Shown here one piece after another: positions 1-8,716 of a stretch of 64,000 nt of DNA; within the stretch, counting starts at the first letter, position 1, and each line of letters begins with the position of its first letter. The position numbers and the translations under genes were made by a program. The notes beneath the pieces were generated by a model that worked only from the letters and a program-made list of their open reading frames with translations, made no database searches and was not told where the DNA came from. Source of the DNA: an uncultured Acidobacteriaceae bacterium (lineage in GTDB: Bacteria; Acidobacteriota; Terriglobia; Terriglobales; Acidobacteriaceae); NCBI GenBank assembly GCA_963818865.1, contig CAWFTQ010000007.1, positions 273,763 through 337,762 of the forward strand, written 5' to 3'.

Positions 1-278
1 CCTTCGGCGGACACAAGCCACAGGTTGTTCCGTCCGCTCATGTTCGAGACGAAGGCTATGCTCTTGCCATCGGGTGACCACGTGGGCCGGCCGACCTGGC
101 GGGTCATATAGAGCTTCTCAATGGTGAGGCTCTTAGGTTCGACTTGCGCGTTGGGCTTCGAGGCAATTTGTTTGGGGTCGGTGACGGCCTGAGGTGCGGT
201 AAGAGTCTGGGCGGCGGTGGTTTCGGCGACGACAATACTCATGAGTATGACGATAGCAAAGAGTGCATGAGTGCGCAT
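1..278 (-). CDS. N-terminal fragment of a secreted TolB-like beta-propeller / S9-type peptidase (gene runs off the left edge)
   Basis: Not in the ORF track because it is truncated. Reverse-strand ATG at 278 gives [24 protein letters not shown] (signal-peptide-like), then [30 protein letters not shown], a blade motif typical of TolB/acylaminoacyl-peptidase propellers. Confidence 0.6.
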   Translation of the reverse strand, partial: [92 protein letters not shown]

Positions 279-311
279 GAAGATAGGACCTGGATGACCA
301 GTGGAGACATG

Positions 312-746
312 TTAATGAATGATGCCGAGGTGGCGCAACAAACGCTCTGTAGTAAACAAATCAACGTTCAGATTTTCGAAGTCCCTGTCGTTTGACCAAA
401 TGGGGATGCGGAAATGGAGGGCAAGGGCAAACAGCTCGATATCTTCCGGATCACGGCGGCCAATCCGCTTCGCTGCCTGTGGAATGCTCTTGGCATATTG
501 GGGTCGGGTAACGATAGTCACTGGGAGCGCGGCCACAGCCAGAAGCAGGGAATCCGAGGCGAGGCGCTTTTTCGCAGCGAGTACTAAGGCGTATTCCTGG
601 ACCTCCGCGACGGTATGTTCGGTGGTGAATATTTCGCGAATTCGCGAATCCTTGAGAATGAGATTGGCGCGTCCGCCAATGACCGCCGACAAAAGGACAT
701 TAGCGTCGGCGGCTAGTCTCACGGCGTCTGTTCCGCCAGCGCTCAA
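312..746 (-). CDS. vapC: PIN-domain toxin (VapC-like) of a type II TA module
   Basis: N-terminal acidic motif (ADANVLL) and C-terminal SNDRDF, size about 140 aa. It lies immediately downstream of, and overlaps, a Phd/YefM-like antitoxin ORF. A GTG at 722 is an alternative start. Confidence 0.8.
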   Translation of the reverse strand: MSAGGTDAVRLAADANVLLSAVIGGRANLILKDSRIREIFTTEHTVAEVQEYALVLAAKKRLASDSLLLAVAALPVTIVTRPQYAKSIPQAAKRIGRRDPEDIELFALALHFRIPIWSNDRDFENLNVDLFTTERLLRHLGIIH

Positions 747-975
747 AGTCCTGAAGCACTGCTTTTTCGGTAACGCGTTTTTTCTTGAGCTGACGGGCGA
801 TTTCAGTTGTCAGCATGGAAAACAATTCGCGTTTGAAGTCGACGGGTAAGGTCGCTTCCCGCCAGGGGAGAAAGACTCCGGCGACTTTGCCGCGGCGGGT
901 CACGAGAATTGGATCGTCGGAGCGAAGCAAAGTCGTGGCGCGGTCGCGAAACTCTCGCACGGTGCTGATTCGCAT
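700..975 (-). CDS. Phd/YefM-type antitoxin
   Basis: 91 aa. MRISTVREFRDRATTLL...PILVTRRGKVAGVFLP matches the Phd/YefM N-terminal fold signature. It sits upstream of the PIN gene on the same strand. Confidence 0.75.
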   Translation of the reverse strand: MRISTVREFRDRATTLLRSDDPILVTRRGKVAGVFLPWREATLPVDFKRELFSMLTTEIARQLKKKRVTEKAVLQDFERWRNRRRETSRRR

Positions 976-977
976 GT

Positions 978-999
978 GGTCACCCCAGTGACCATTATA
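978..999 (-). promoter_or_regulatory. Candidate TA promoter -10 box plus operator palindrome
   Basis: On the minus strand, TATAAT (999..994) is directly followed by the perfect palindrome GGTCAC-N4-GTGACC (993..978). This ends 2 nt before the antitoxin ATG (975), and no Shine-Dalgarno is visible. Confidence 0.35.
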
Positions 1000-1039
1000 A
1001 CAAAAAACCGCCGTTCCCAGATGTGGCTAAAAGGGTAGC

Positions 1040-1951
1040 TTACGCTTTAGCGTTCTTGTGCATTTCCACCGTGCTCCAGGTCTTGTCGGCAGCGTGGCAG
1101 AGGTTTTCGAGCGGGCAATCGACGCACTTGGGCTTGCGGGCGATGCAGAGTTTGCGGCCGTGCCAGATGATCTGGTGGGAGAAGAGAATCCATTTTTCGC
1201 GTGGGATGATTCGCATCAGGTCTTGTTCGATTGTTTGCGGGTCATCTTGCGTGGTGAGTTCGAGGCGGCGCGAGATGCGGTGTACGTGAGTGTCGACGAC
1301 TACTCCTTCGGCGATCTTGAACCACGACCCCAGGACCACGTTCGCAGTCTTGCGGGCGACGCCGGGCAGGGTGAGGAGATCCTGCATGTTGCGGGGAACC
1401 TGGCCGCCGAAATCGGCGACAATCTTCTGGGCGGCACCGACTACCGATTTTGATTTGTTGCGGAAGAAGCCAGTGGAGCGGACATCGGGCTCGAGTTGTT
1501 CGGGCGTGAGCGCGGCGAAGGCTTCGACGGAGGGATATTTGCGGAAGAGTTCCGGCGTGACGCGGTTGACGTTCACGTCGGTCGATTGGGCGGAGAGGAT
1601 GGTTGCGACCAGGAGTTCCCATGCGCTGGTGTGGGTGAGGGCGCAGGTGACGTCGGGATAGAGTTGGTCGAGGCGCTTTAGGATTTCGGTGATGCGATCG
1701 GGAGCGAGGGGGTTGTAGGCCTTCGCGCGAGGCGTGGCGGCCTTTGAAATGGTCTTTTGGGGGTTCGGGGCTCGTTCTTCTTCCAGTGGTGATGACCCAC
1801 GGCTTGCTGCGCGGGCTGCAGTGTTTCGCCGCTCTGCGGCTTTCGCGGTTGGGCCTTTGGGCGCTGACTTCGCGGGCGAGAGCGTCCGCATGCGAGCGCC
1901 TTCCTGGCGGCCGGTGCGGGCGGGCTGGCGGGGCATTTGTCCGCGGGGCAT
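1040..1951 (-). CDS. nth: Endonuclease III (DNA glycosylase/AP lyase) with a basic N-terminal extension
   Basis: HhH motif LPGVARKTANVVL and 4Fe-4S motif C-x6-C-x2-C-x5-C (CIARKPKCVDCPLENLC). The first ~85 aa are a K/R/P/A-rich tail. An alternative ATG lies at 1891. Confidence 0.9.
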   Translation of the reverse strand: MPRGQMPRQPARTGRQEGARMRTLSPAKSAPKGPTAKAAERRNTAARAASRGSSPLEEERAPNPQKTISKAATPRAKAYNPLAPDRITEILKRLDQLYPDVTCALTHTSAWELLVATILSAQSTDVNVNRVTPELFRKYPSVEAFAALTPEQLEPDVRSTGFFRNKSKSVVGAAQKIVADFGGQVPRNMQDLLTLPGVARKTANVVLGSWFKIAEGVVVDTHVHRISRRLELTTQDDPQTIEQDLMRIIPREKWILFSHQIIWHGRKLCIARKPKCVDCPLENLCHAADKTWSTVEMHKNAKA

Positions 1952-2055
1952 GAGGGCAACATCTTAGCAGAGACCTCGGTAACCAGAGGAATGATTGACG
2001 CGCCGGATATCCCTCAGTAGTCTGGAGTTCAAGCATTCTTTCCAGAGAATTTCTT

Positions 2056-2280
2056 ATGGCTGTGAGTTCGATTCAACTCGGGCAGGTGTGGCGCAGCGAC
2101 GCCGATGGCCAGGATTATCTGGTCACAAAGGTGTACAGCGAGGTATTCACCCAGTACGCCATGCTGCGTCCGGCGGGAATTACGGCTCCGGACGCGCCGA
2201 CTGTCCGCATTAAGGTGTCCAAAACGCCGCAAGGCGCAGCCCTGCCCGGATACACCTTCACCCAGGAAGGGTCTTTCTAG
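2056..2280 (+). CDS. Small hypothetical protein (74 aa)
   Basis: ORF with balanced composition in an otherwise empty interval. No family recognised. Confidence 0.4.
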   Translation: MAVSSIQLGQVWRSDADGQDYLVTKVYSEVFTQYAMLRPAGITAPDAPTVRIKVSKTPQGAALPGYTFTQEGSF

Positions 2281-2342
2281 CCTCCAGCTCCACCTTACTT
2301 CTGCCGTCAGTCGTGGTACCGCACTCGGGGAGCCTTTCCCGC

Positions 2343-2780
2343 CTAGTGGGACGTCCACCCATTAAACAAGTAGTATACGCCGTGAAGAATAAGCCCCACC
2401 GCCAACGTGAAGCCATAGTGGCGCTTGTGCAGCGCGGGCGGATCAAGGTAGAGAATACTTGCTCCCAACCCGACTTCAGCGATCCGCGCGATGGGGCTTC
2501 GAGCAGCGATCAAGCCTATGAGCAGGGAAGACAACGCGTAAGCCGCAATGACACCACATGCTATGGCCAAAACGTGCACTTTGTGGGGCGTAGCCAGGGC
2601 GCAAAGCACGGCGAGGACTAAACAGCCCAGAGCAATTTTAATGTCGAAAGCCGAGGCAGCGGGGGAACGTACCTCCAGCAGCATGGCAACTCCTAAGCCG
2701 AGAGCAAGCGCAAGCAGGACTCCGAGTGTAAGATCCCGATAATGGCCGGCGGTTGCGCGTTCGCCGTTCAGAGTATTCAT
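2343..2780 (-). CDS. Hypothetical integral membrane protein (about 4 TM segments)
   Basis: Hydrophobic helices (LGVLLALALGLGVAMLL, LGCLVLAVLCALA, LAIACGVIAAYALSSLLIGLI, FTLAVGLILHGVYYL). The ATG at 2780 is preferred over the GTG at 2855. Confidence 0.55.
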   Translation of the reverse strand: MNTLNGERATAGHYRDLTLGVLLALALGLGVAMLLEVRSPAASAFDIKIALGCLVLAVLCALATPHKVHVLAIACGVIAAYALSSLLIGLIAARSPIARIAEVGLGASILYLDPPALHKRHYGFTLAVGLILHGVYYLFNGWTSH

Positions 2781-3001
2781 TAGGAAAATTGTAGGGCGCC
2801 TACCGCCATTTCTGTTTCTGACTGAAGACCCAACACCAAAGTTTGGGGTTACCACAGCCTGTTGCCACAGCCTCTGGAGGCCGGCACGCCGCTTTAAGCC
2901 AGGCTGCCCGGTTGTGGTCCAGGCGCCGTGGTAAGGTTTAAGAGGGTGCCGCTACGCACCGGACGGCATAACTACGTGCCCGAAACCAGGCACTTCACTT
3001 C

Positions 3002-3628
3002 ATGACTGAAAAACTTCTGGCTGTCATCTTCGTGTTCATCAATTCTGTAATCAGCGCGACCGGATACAGCGGCGTGATGCTGCTGATGGCGATTGAATCG
3101 GCGTGCATCCCGCTGCCTTCGGAATTGATCATGCCCTTTGCCGGGTACCTAGTCTTTACCGGCACTTTCAAGCTGCTGTGGGTGGCGACGGCGGGGGCGC
3201 TCGGCTGCAATCTCGGATCGCTGGTGGCGTATGAAATTGGATGCTATGGCGGCCGTCCGCTGGTGGAGCGTTACGGACGCTGGATTCTGATGGGGCGTCG
3301 AGAACTCGACTGGGCGGACCGTTTCTTTGCGCGCTGGGGATATCTGGCCGTGTTTATCGGGCGTCTGCTGCCGGTGATTCGTACTTTCATTGCGCTGCCG
3401 GCGGGTGTGTCGCGCATGCCGCGGGGACGGTTTCATATCTACACATTTCTGGGATCGTGGCCGTGGTGCCTGGCGCTGGCGTATCTCGGGATGAAGCTGG
3501 GCCAGAACTGGCGGGAGTTGGGGAAATATTTTCACAAGTTCGATGCGGTGATTGGAGTAGTGCTGGTGGCTGGGGTGGCGTGGTTTGTGTGGACGCACTG
3601 GCAGAATCGGATGCGGACAGCGAGCTAG
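3002..3628 (+). CDS. DedA/VTT-family membrane protein
   Basis: 208 aa. The pattern LLMAIESACIPLPSELIMPFAGYL...GR..P..R.F.ALPAG is typical of DedA (SNARE-associated) proteins. Confidence 0.85.
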   Translation: MTEKLLAVIFVFINSVISATGYSGVMLLMAIESACIPLPSELIMPFAGYLVFTGTFKLLWVATAGALGCNLGSLVAYEIGCYGGRPLVERYGRWILMGRRELDWADRFFARWGYLAVFIGRLLPVIRTFIALPAGVSRMPRGRFHIYTFLGSWPWCLALAYLGMKLGQNWRELGKYFHKFDAVIGVVLVAGVAWFVWTHWQNRMRTAS

Positions 3629-3660
3629 GCGGCAGCGGAGAGCGGGTGGGGTCGTCGGTG

Positions 3661-4035
3661 CTACGTCGGCTTCGCCAACTGCGACCCCACGATCTGCCAC
3701 TTTCCATTGCGCTTCACAACCACATCCATGTAAACATAGCGAACGGGGAAGCGTTGTCCGGCTTGCTCCACGTCGTCTTCTTCCGAGCCGTGGACGATGG
3801 CTACGTCTTCGCGCAGAATGCGGATGCGGCGGCCGGTGGAGATCATCGAGAGGTGGCGGATTTTGCCGGACTTGAGATTTTGTAGCAGGTCTTCCCTCGT
3901 ATGGGCATCGCCTGATTCATCGTATTGGATATAGTCGTCGGCGAAGATGCGCGAAAGTTCGGAAACGTCCGCGGCCATCAGGGCGCGGTCGCCATCTTCG
4001 AAGAGGTTCAAGATTTGTTGTTCGTCGCTTTCCAC
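3661..4035 (-). CDS. SnoaL-like / DUF4440 (NTF2-fold) protein
   Basis: 124 aa. The LFEDGDRALMAADVSELSRIFADDY...NGKWQIVGSQ pattern is typical of NTF2-like DUF4440 proteins. Confidence 0.7.
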   Translation of the reverse strand: MESDEQQILNLFEDGDRALMAADVSELSRIFADDYIQYDESGDAHTREDLLQNLKSGKIRHLSMISTGRRIRILREDVAIVHGSEEDDVEQAGQRFPVRYVYMDVVVKRNGKWQIVGSQLAKPT

Positions 4036-4115
4036 CTGCGTCCGCTCCTTCTTCCGACGATGCTTTTCTTTGTCGTCCTTTTAGTGTACAAGCTGGTATT
4101 TACGAGGAGGATTCT

Positions 4116-4568
4116 GTGATTCGAATGTACCGCATGTTCGCTTCGTTGCTGTTTTTCGCCATCGCTCTGCCCGTCGTTTCTCTATGTCAAGCCGTACCGG
4201 CATCTTCTGACAAGCCTTTTGTGGTTGAGTATTACTACAAAGCGAAGTGGGGGCATGCCGACGAATTTCTAAAGCTGTTCAAGAAGAATCACTATCCCGT
4301 GCTAAAGAAAGAAATGGAGATGGGACGGATCGCGAAAGTCTGGATGGATCAGCCGCGTTATCACACCACCGAGGACGGGCGCTGGGATTATCGCGTGACC
4401 ATCGTCTTCAAGAATGCGACCGTGGCCAATGAGCCGTTCGACGAAGCAGCGCTGCAGAAGCAGATGTATCCCGATCAAGAAACGTTTCAGCGGGAAGAGC
4501 AGCGCCGGTTCGAGATTCTCGACGGACACTGGGATTTGCCGGTGAAGACGGTGGATTTGGAGAAATAG
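4116..4568 (+). CDS. Secreted hypothetical protein
   Basis: AGGAGG lies 5-6 nt upstream of the GTG at 4116. Signal peptide MFASLLFFAIALPVVSLCQA. No family recognised. Confidence 0.6.
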   Translation: MIRMYRMFASLLFFAIALPVVSLCQAVPASSDKPFVVEYYYKAKWGHADEFLKLFKKNHYPVLKKEMEMGRIAKVWMDQPRYHTTEDGRWDYRVTIVFKNATVANEPFDEAALQKQMYPDQETFQREEQRRFEILDGHWDLPVKTVDLEK

Positions 4569-4728
4569 TACCGAATAGTACCCAGTACCGTGTACCGAGT
4601 TGCGAGTAGCCGACTTGACGTCCCTCTCAGCGACAACAGCAACTTTAGGTTTTGACTTTGCCTTTGCTCGGTACTCGCTACTCGGTACTCACTCGGTGCT
4701 CGGTACTCGGTACTCGGTACTCGCAACG
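4566..4728. repeat. Inverted arrays of a short GTACCGAG / CTCGGTA unit flanking a ~55-nt spacer
   Basis: Left arm 4568-4609 has four GTACC(G) units. Right arm has CTCGGTA at 4667 and 4681, then a contiguous heptamer array at 4692-4726 (CTCGGTG, CTCGGTA x3, CTCGCAA). A 10-nt complement pairs 4599-4608 with 4718-4727. Confidence 0.7.
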
Positions 4729-4815
4729 ATGCACTACCTCCGCAAAGGATGTTAAAGGACAGTGACAAGCGTGCGGAAAATTCTGCATCGTAGTCATTGA
4801 AATTTGGAATTAGAC

Positions 4816-5571
4816 ATGCGCGCGGCAAGGTCCATACTGTTGAATATGGACTCATTCCTATCAACTGAAGAATCACATGTAGATTTGCTGCACGAGATTG
4901 GCAATCGGCTGGCAACGGCGGATGGCTTTCATGACGTACTGACTCGTGTGGTCGACTTCGCCTCTGCGCTGGTCAAGTGCGATTCCTGCCTGATTTATGT
5001 GCTGGAGGGCGAAGAACTTGTCCTGCGAGCGTCGAAGAATCCGCATCCGGACGTGGTGGATCGGCTGAAACTGCGCGTTGGGCAGGGTATTACAGGATGG
5101 GTGGCGGAGCATCAGGAGCCGGTAGCGGTTGCGGAAAAGGCGGCGCTGGATCCGCGCTTTCAGTTCTTTCACGAACTGCCTGAGGATAGCTACGAGGCGT
5201 TCCTATCGGTGCCATTGATGTGCCGTGGGCGCGTAGTGGGAGTGATCAACCTGCAGCATCGCCAGGCACACAATTACCGTAGGCGGGAAATCCGGTTGAT
5301 TTCGACGGTGGGATTTCTGGTGGGTGCAGAGATCGAGATGGCGCGGCTGGAGGATGCCAACTCCAATCTGTCGGAGCAATTGCAGACGCGCAAAGTGGTG
5401 GAGCGTGCCAAGGGAATACTGCAGCGCGAACTGGGATTAAGTGAAGAACACGCCTATCTGGCATTACAACGGCAGAGCCGGCAGAAGCGCAAGCCGATGA
5501 AGGAAATTGCCGAAGCGATTGTCTTGAGTGACGAAGTGAAAGGGAACTCCCGGACTCCTGGTCCTTCGTGA
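4816..5571 (+). CDS. GAF-ANTAR RNA-binding antitermination-type regulator
   Basis: N-terminal GAF-like domain (VGQGITGWVAEH...SVPLMCRGRVVGVINL). C-terminal ANTAR signature VVERAKGILQRELGLSEEHAYLALQRQSRQKRKPMKEIAEAIV. The TTG at 4804 is an alternative start. Confidence 0.85.
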   Translation: MRAARSILLNMDSFLSTEESHVDLLHEIGNRLATADGFHDVLTRVVDFASALVKCDSCLIYVLEGEELVLRASKNPHPDVVDRLKLRVGQGITGWVAEHQEPVAVAEKAALDPRFQFFHELPEDSYEAFLSVPLMCRGRVVGVINLQHRQAHNYRRREIRLISTVGFLVGAEIEMARLEDANSNLSEQLQTRKVVERAKGILQRELGLSEEHAYLALQRQSRQKRKPMKEIAEAIVLSDEVKGNSRTPGPS

Positions 5572-5654
5572 ATCTGCTATGAAAAATGCTGCCTGAGAAA
5601 TTGTGCTGGGCTGAAATGCCGGCCCTCGATCACTCGTTGATTTATTTCAAACAC

Positions 5655-5693
5655 AAAAAACCGGGAGCAGAATCTGGGCAGATCTGCTCCCGG
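5655..5693 (-). terminator. Rho-independent terminator for the 5706-6137 gene
   Basis: 11-bp stem CCGGGAGCAGA/TCTGCTCCCGG (5661-5693), followed on the minus strand by a T6 run (A6 at 5655-5660 on plus). Confidence 0.7.
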
Positions 5694-5705
5694 TGCGCCG
5701 AGCGG

Positions 5706-6137
5706 CTATCGAGCGGAGCTTGCGGCTGCAGCGGTGCGCATCTCCGCCACTTCTTTCCCTGAGTTTGCGGGCGCTGCGAAGTGCAACGTGACTTCAAACT
5801 GGGGAAGGTCCATAGCGCTGACGTAGCTTGTGCCGAACTTCGACTGGATTACGAGGCGTGCTGTCCCGGAACTCGGGGCAGCTTCAATGTCTCTTGCGAA
5901 CAGAATGAACGACGCTGGCTTGCCTGCGGTTTTGGTTAAGATCAGCATTTCCGATGGGCCCATGGTCTGTATTGAGAACCGGTAATCTCCTGCCGGAACC
6001 ACAGCGTTCTGCCAATGTACTTCGTGGGGCAGCCTGAAAGTTCCGCCCTTGTCCTGGGCGGAGGCCAGGCTGGGTGCAAAGTTCAGGGCACTCAAAGTCA
6101 AGACAGCGGCATAGGCGAACTTGCGAATCGATTTCAT
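5706..6137 (-). CDS. Secreted hypothetical protein
   Basis: AGGAGA lies upstream of the ATG at 6137. Signal peptide MKSIRKFAYAAVLTLSALNFAPSLASA. No family recognised. Confidence 0.6.
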   Translation of the reverse strand: MKSIRKFAYAAVLTLSALNFAPSLASAQDKGGTFRLPHEVHWQNAVVPAGDYRFSIQTMGPSEMLILTKTAGKPASFILFARDIEAAPSSGTARLVIQSKFGTSYVSAMDLPQFEVTLHFAAPANSGKEVAEMRTAAAASSAR

Positions 6138-6598
6138 TGGAATCTCCTGGTGTTTTGTGGCATGTCCGAGACCTCGCACCCGGCGGTTACCGAGTGACGT
6201 GGGCTCAGATTGAGTGGAGAAACAGCGAGGTCAGGAGAATTGCAATTACCGACGGCGTGGCCGGCATGCAAACATCAGCTTCGCGGGACCGGCTGCAGAG
6301 CAGGTTTACGAAGTGATTTCACTATGAAGGATACTCGCGCTAGAGTCCAACGCAAAATATTTATTGGTCGCATCAGATGAGCGCGAGCATTGTGGCTACG
6401 ACCTCTCGGCTGCGCTTTTGCCGGACAGCCGAGGCGGCTGGCTCTACAAGAGTTGCGTCTCCGCTTGATGATGCATGTATGCCGTTGAATTGATTTTCTG
6501 CACGTTTGGCCGCGCGCGTTTGCCAAAGGCCCGCCCGATACGAGAACATACAAGGTTTGCACATCCATACAAATTCTTACTGAGGAAGCGGACAAAAA

Positions 6599-8005
6599 AT
6601 GGCGACACGGAATAAGTCTGCAAAAGCGGCAGCGAAGACACCCCACATAGAAGTGAAGTCCGAAGGGAAGGCGCGCGGTAGTTCGAAGAACAATGGCACA
6701 ATCCAGCCGGCGAAAGGGAAGCTGGGGGTGATGATCCCGGGCATGGGCGCGGTGGCAACGACGTTTGTCGCGGGCGTGGAGGCGATTCGCAAGGGGCTGG
6801 CGAAGCCCATCGGGTCGCTTACGCAGATGGGAACGGTGCGGCTGGGCAAGCGCACGGATGGGCGTTCTCCCAAGATCAAAGAGTTTGTTCCGCTGGCTGG
6901 GCTCGACGATCTGGTCTTCACTGGCTGGGATATTTTCGAAGACAACATGTACGAAGCGGCCTCGAATGCGGGCGTGCTCGACCAACGGTTGCTCGACCAG
7001 TTGAAGCCGTTTCTTTCTTCCGTGACGCCGCGAGCGGCGGTGTTCGATCACAATTACGTGAAGAAGATCGACGGGCCGAATGTGAAGAAGGGCAAGACGA
7101 AGATGGATCTTGCCGAGCAGTTGCGGGACGACATCCGCTATTTCAGGAAGACCAGTGGGGCGAGCCGGTTGGTCACGATGTGGTGCGGGTCGACCGAGTC
7201 CTATATTGCTGCGACTGAGGCGCATCAGTCGGTGAAGGCGTTTGAGAAGGCGCTGCGCGAGAACGATGAAATGATCGCGCCCTCGATGGTGTACGCTTAC
7301 GCGTCATTGATGGAGGGTGTGCCGTTCGCCAATGGCGCGCCGAACCTGACCGTGGACTTGCCGGTGATGCTCGAACTCTCGCGGCAGAACGAAGCGCCGA
7401 TCTGCGGCAAGGATTTTAAGACTGGGCAAACCTTGATGAAGACGATTCTTGCCCCCGGCTTCAAGGCGCGCATGCTGGGGCTGAACGGATGGTTCTCCAC
7501 CAACATTCTGGGCAACCGCGACGGCGAAGTGCTGGACGATCCAGGGTCGTTCAAGACTAAGGAAGAGTCGAAGCTTTCGGTGCTGGAGCACATCCTGCAG
7601 CCCGAGCTTTATCCCGAACTTTACGGTGATATGTATCACAAGGTGCGTATTAATTATTACCCTCCACGTGGTGATAACAAAGAAGGCTGGGACAATATCG
7701 ATATCTTCGGATGGCTGGGATATCCGATGCAGATCAAAGTCGATTTCCTGTGCCGTGATTCGATTCTGGCGGCGCCGATTGTCCTCGATCTCGTGCTGTT
7801 GATGGATTTGGCGAAGCGCTGCTCAGATCTGCGGGGGCTGGGAATTCAGGAGTGGTTAAGCTTTTACTTTAAGTCGCCGATGACGGTTCCGGGGTTATAT
7901 CCGGAACACGATCTGTTTATTCAGTTGATGAAGTTAAAGAACACGCTGCGGCATTTGAAGGGAGAGGAATTGATTACGCATTTGGGGTTGGAATATTACG
8001 ACTGA
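6599..8005 (+). CDS. ino1: myo-Inositol-1-phosphate synthase
   Basis: Motifs GWDIF, FANGAPN, GKDFKTGQT and STNILGNRDG correspond to conserved MIPS blocks. The N-terminal ~40 aa form a K/A-rich extension. Confidence 0.9.
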   Translation: MATRNKSAKAAAKTPHIEVKSEGKARGSSKNNGTIQPAKGKLGVMIPGMGAVATTFVAGVEAIRKGLAKPIGSLTQMGTVRLGKRTDGRSPKIKEFVPLAGLDDLVFTGWDIFEDNMYEAASNAGVLDQRLLDQLKPFLSSVTPRAAVFDHNYVKKIDGPNVKKGKTKMDLAEQLRDDIRYFRKTSGASRLVTMWCGSTESYIAATEAHQSVKAFEKALRENDEMIAPSMVYAYASLMEGVPFANGAPNLTVDLPVMLELSRQNEAPICGKDFKTGQTLMKTILAPGFKARMLGLNGWFSTNILGNRDGEVLDDPGSFKTKEESKLSVLEHILQPELYPELYGDMYHKVRINYYPPRGDNKEGWDNIDIFGWLGYPMQIKVDFLCRDSILAAPIVLDLVLLMDLAKRCSDLRGLGIQEWLSFYFKSPMTVPGLYPEHDLFIQLMKLKNTLRHLKGEELITHLGLEYYD

Positions 8006-8072
8006 GGACCGTTCTCACCAGGCCGAACGTTGATCATGTTATAATTACCATGGTTATCGCGAGGTGACCATT

Positions 8073-8306
8073 ATGAAGACAATTGCTGCGGGCGAGTTCA
8101 AGGCACGATGCCTGCAAGTTATGGAAGATGTGCGGACCAAACGCACCCCGGTGCTGATCACGAAACGGGGCAAGCCGTTGGCCAAACTGGTTCCGGCTGA
8201 CGACAAGCCTCCCGAGATCTTCGGCTGTCTTGCCGGGAAGATTGAGATTCTCGGCGACATCGTTTCTCCTGTCACTGCTCTCGAGGACTGGGAGAGCTTG
8301 AAGTGA
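8073..8306 (+). CDS. Phd/YefM-type antitoxin
   Basis: GAGGTG lies 6 nt before the ATG at 8073. MKTIAAGEFKARCLQVMEDV...PVLITKRGKPLAKLVP. The stop overlaps the PIN gene start (GTGA). Confidence 0.8.
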   Translation: MKTIAAGEFKARCLQVMEDVRTKRTPVLITKRGKPLAKLVPADDKPPEIFGCLAGKIEILGDIVSPVTALEDWESLK

Positions 8307-8698
8307 TTCTGCTGGACACGCACGTTTTGCTGTGGATGGTTTCGAGTCCAGGCAGGCTTTCGCGAGTCGCAGTGGGCGAAATCCGCAGGGCTCAACGGGC
8401 AGGCGGCTGCGCCATCGCTTCGATCAGCCTTTGGGAGTTGGCCTTACTGTTTGCCAAAGGCACACTGAGAGCTTCCGGCACGATTGAAGCGTCGGTCCGC
8501 GAGATCGTCGAGCGCGCCGCTGTGAATGTGCTCGAAATCACTCCCGATATTGCCGGGCTAGCTATGGCCTTTCCGGAATCCTATCCCAAAGATCCGGGCG
8601 ATCGTCTGATTGGCGCAACTGCGCGGGCCCTGGGACTCACACTGATTACGCAGGACGAGAGAATTCTCGCCAGCCCGCTCGTGCGTACAATTTGGTAG
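8303..8698 (+). CDS. vapC: PIN-domain toxin (VapC)
   Basis: ILLDTHVLLW at the N-terminus and a later DPGDRLI...LITQDERI block, 131 aa. Has a 4-nt overlap with the upstream antitoxin. Confidence 0.85.
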   Translation: MILLDTHVLLWMVSSPGRLSRVAVGEIRRAQRAGGCAIASISLWELALLFAKGTLRASGTIEASVREIVERAAVNVLEITPDIAGLAMAFPESYPKDPGDRLIGATARALGLTLITQDERILASPLVRTIW

Positions 8699-8716
8699 CC
8701 TCATCGCTTTCGAGTC

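Noticed and set aside
1242-2036. 264-aa alternative-frame ORF overlapping nth
   Set aside because: Arg/Pro/His-rich low-complexity translation. The nth frame contains the HhH and 4Fe-4S motifs.
6275-7225. 316-aa minus-strand ORF overlapping the ino1 promoter and 5' half
   Set aside because: Extremely Arg/His/Leu-rich with no recognisable motif. ino1 on the plus strand is unambiguous.
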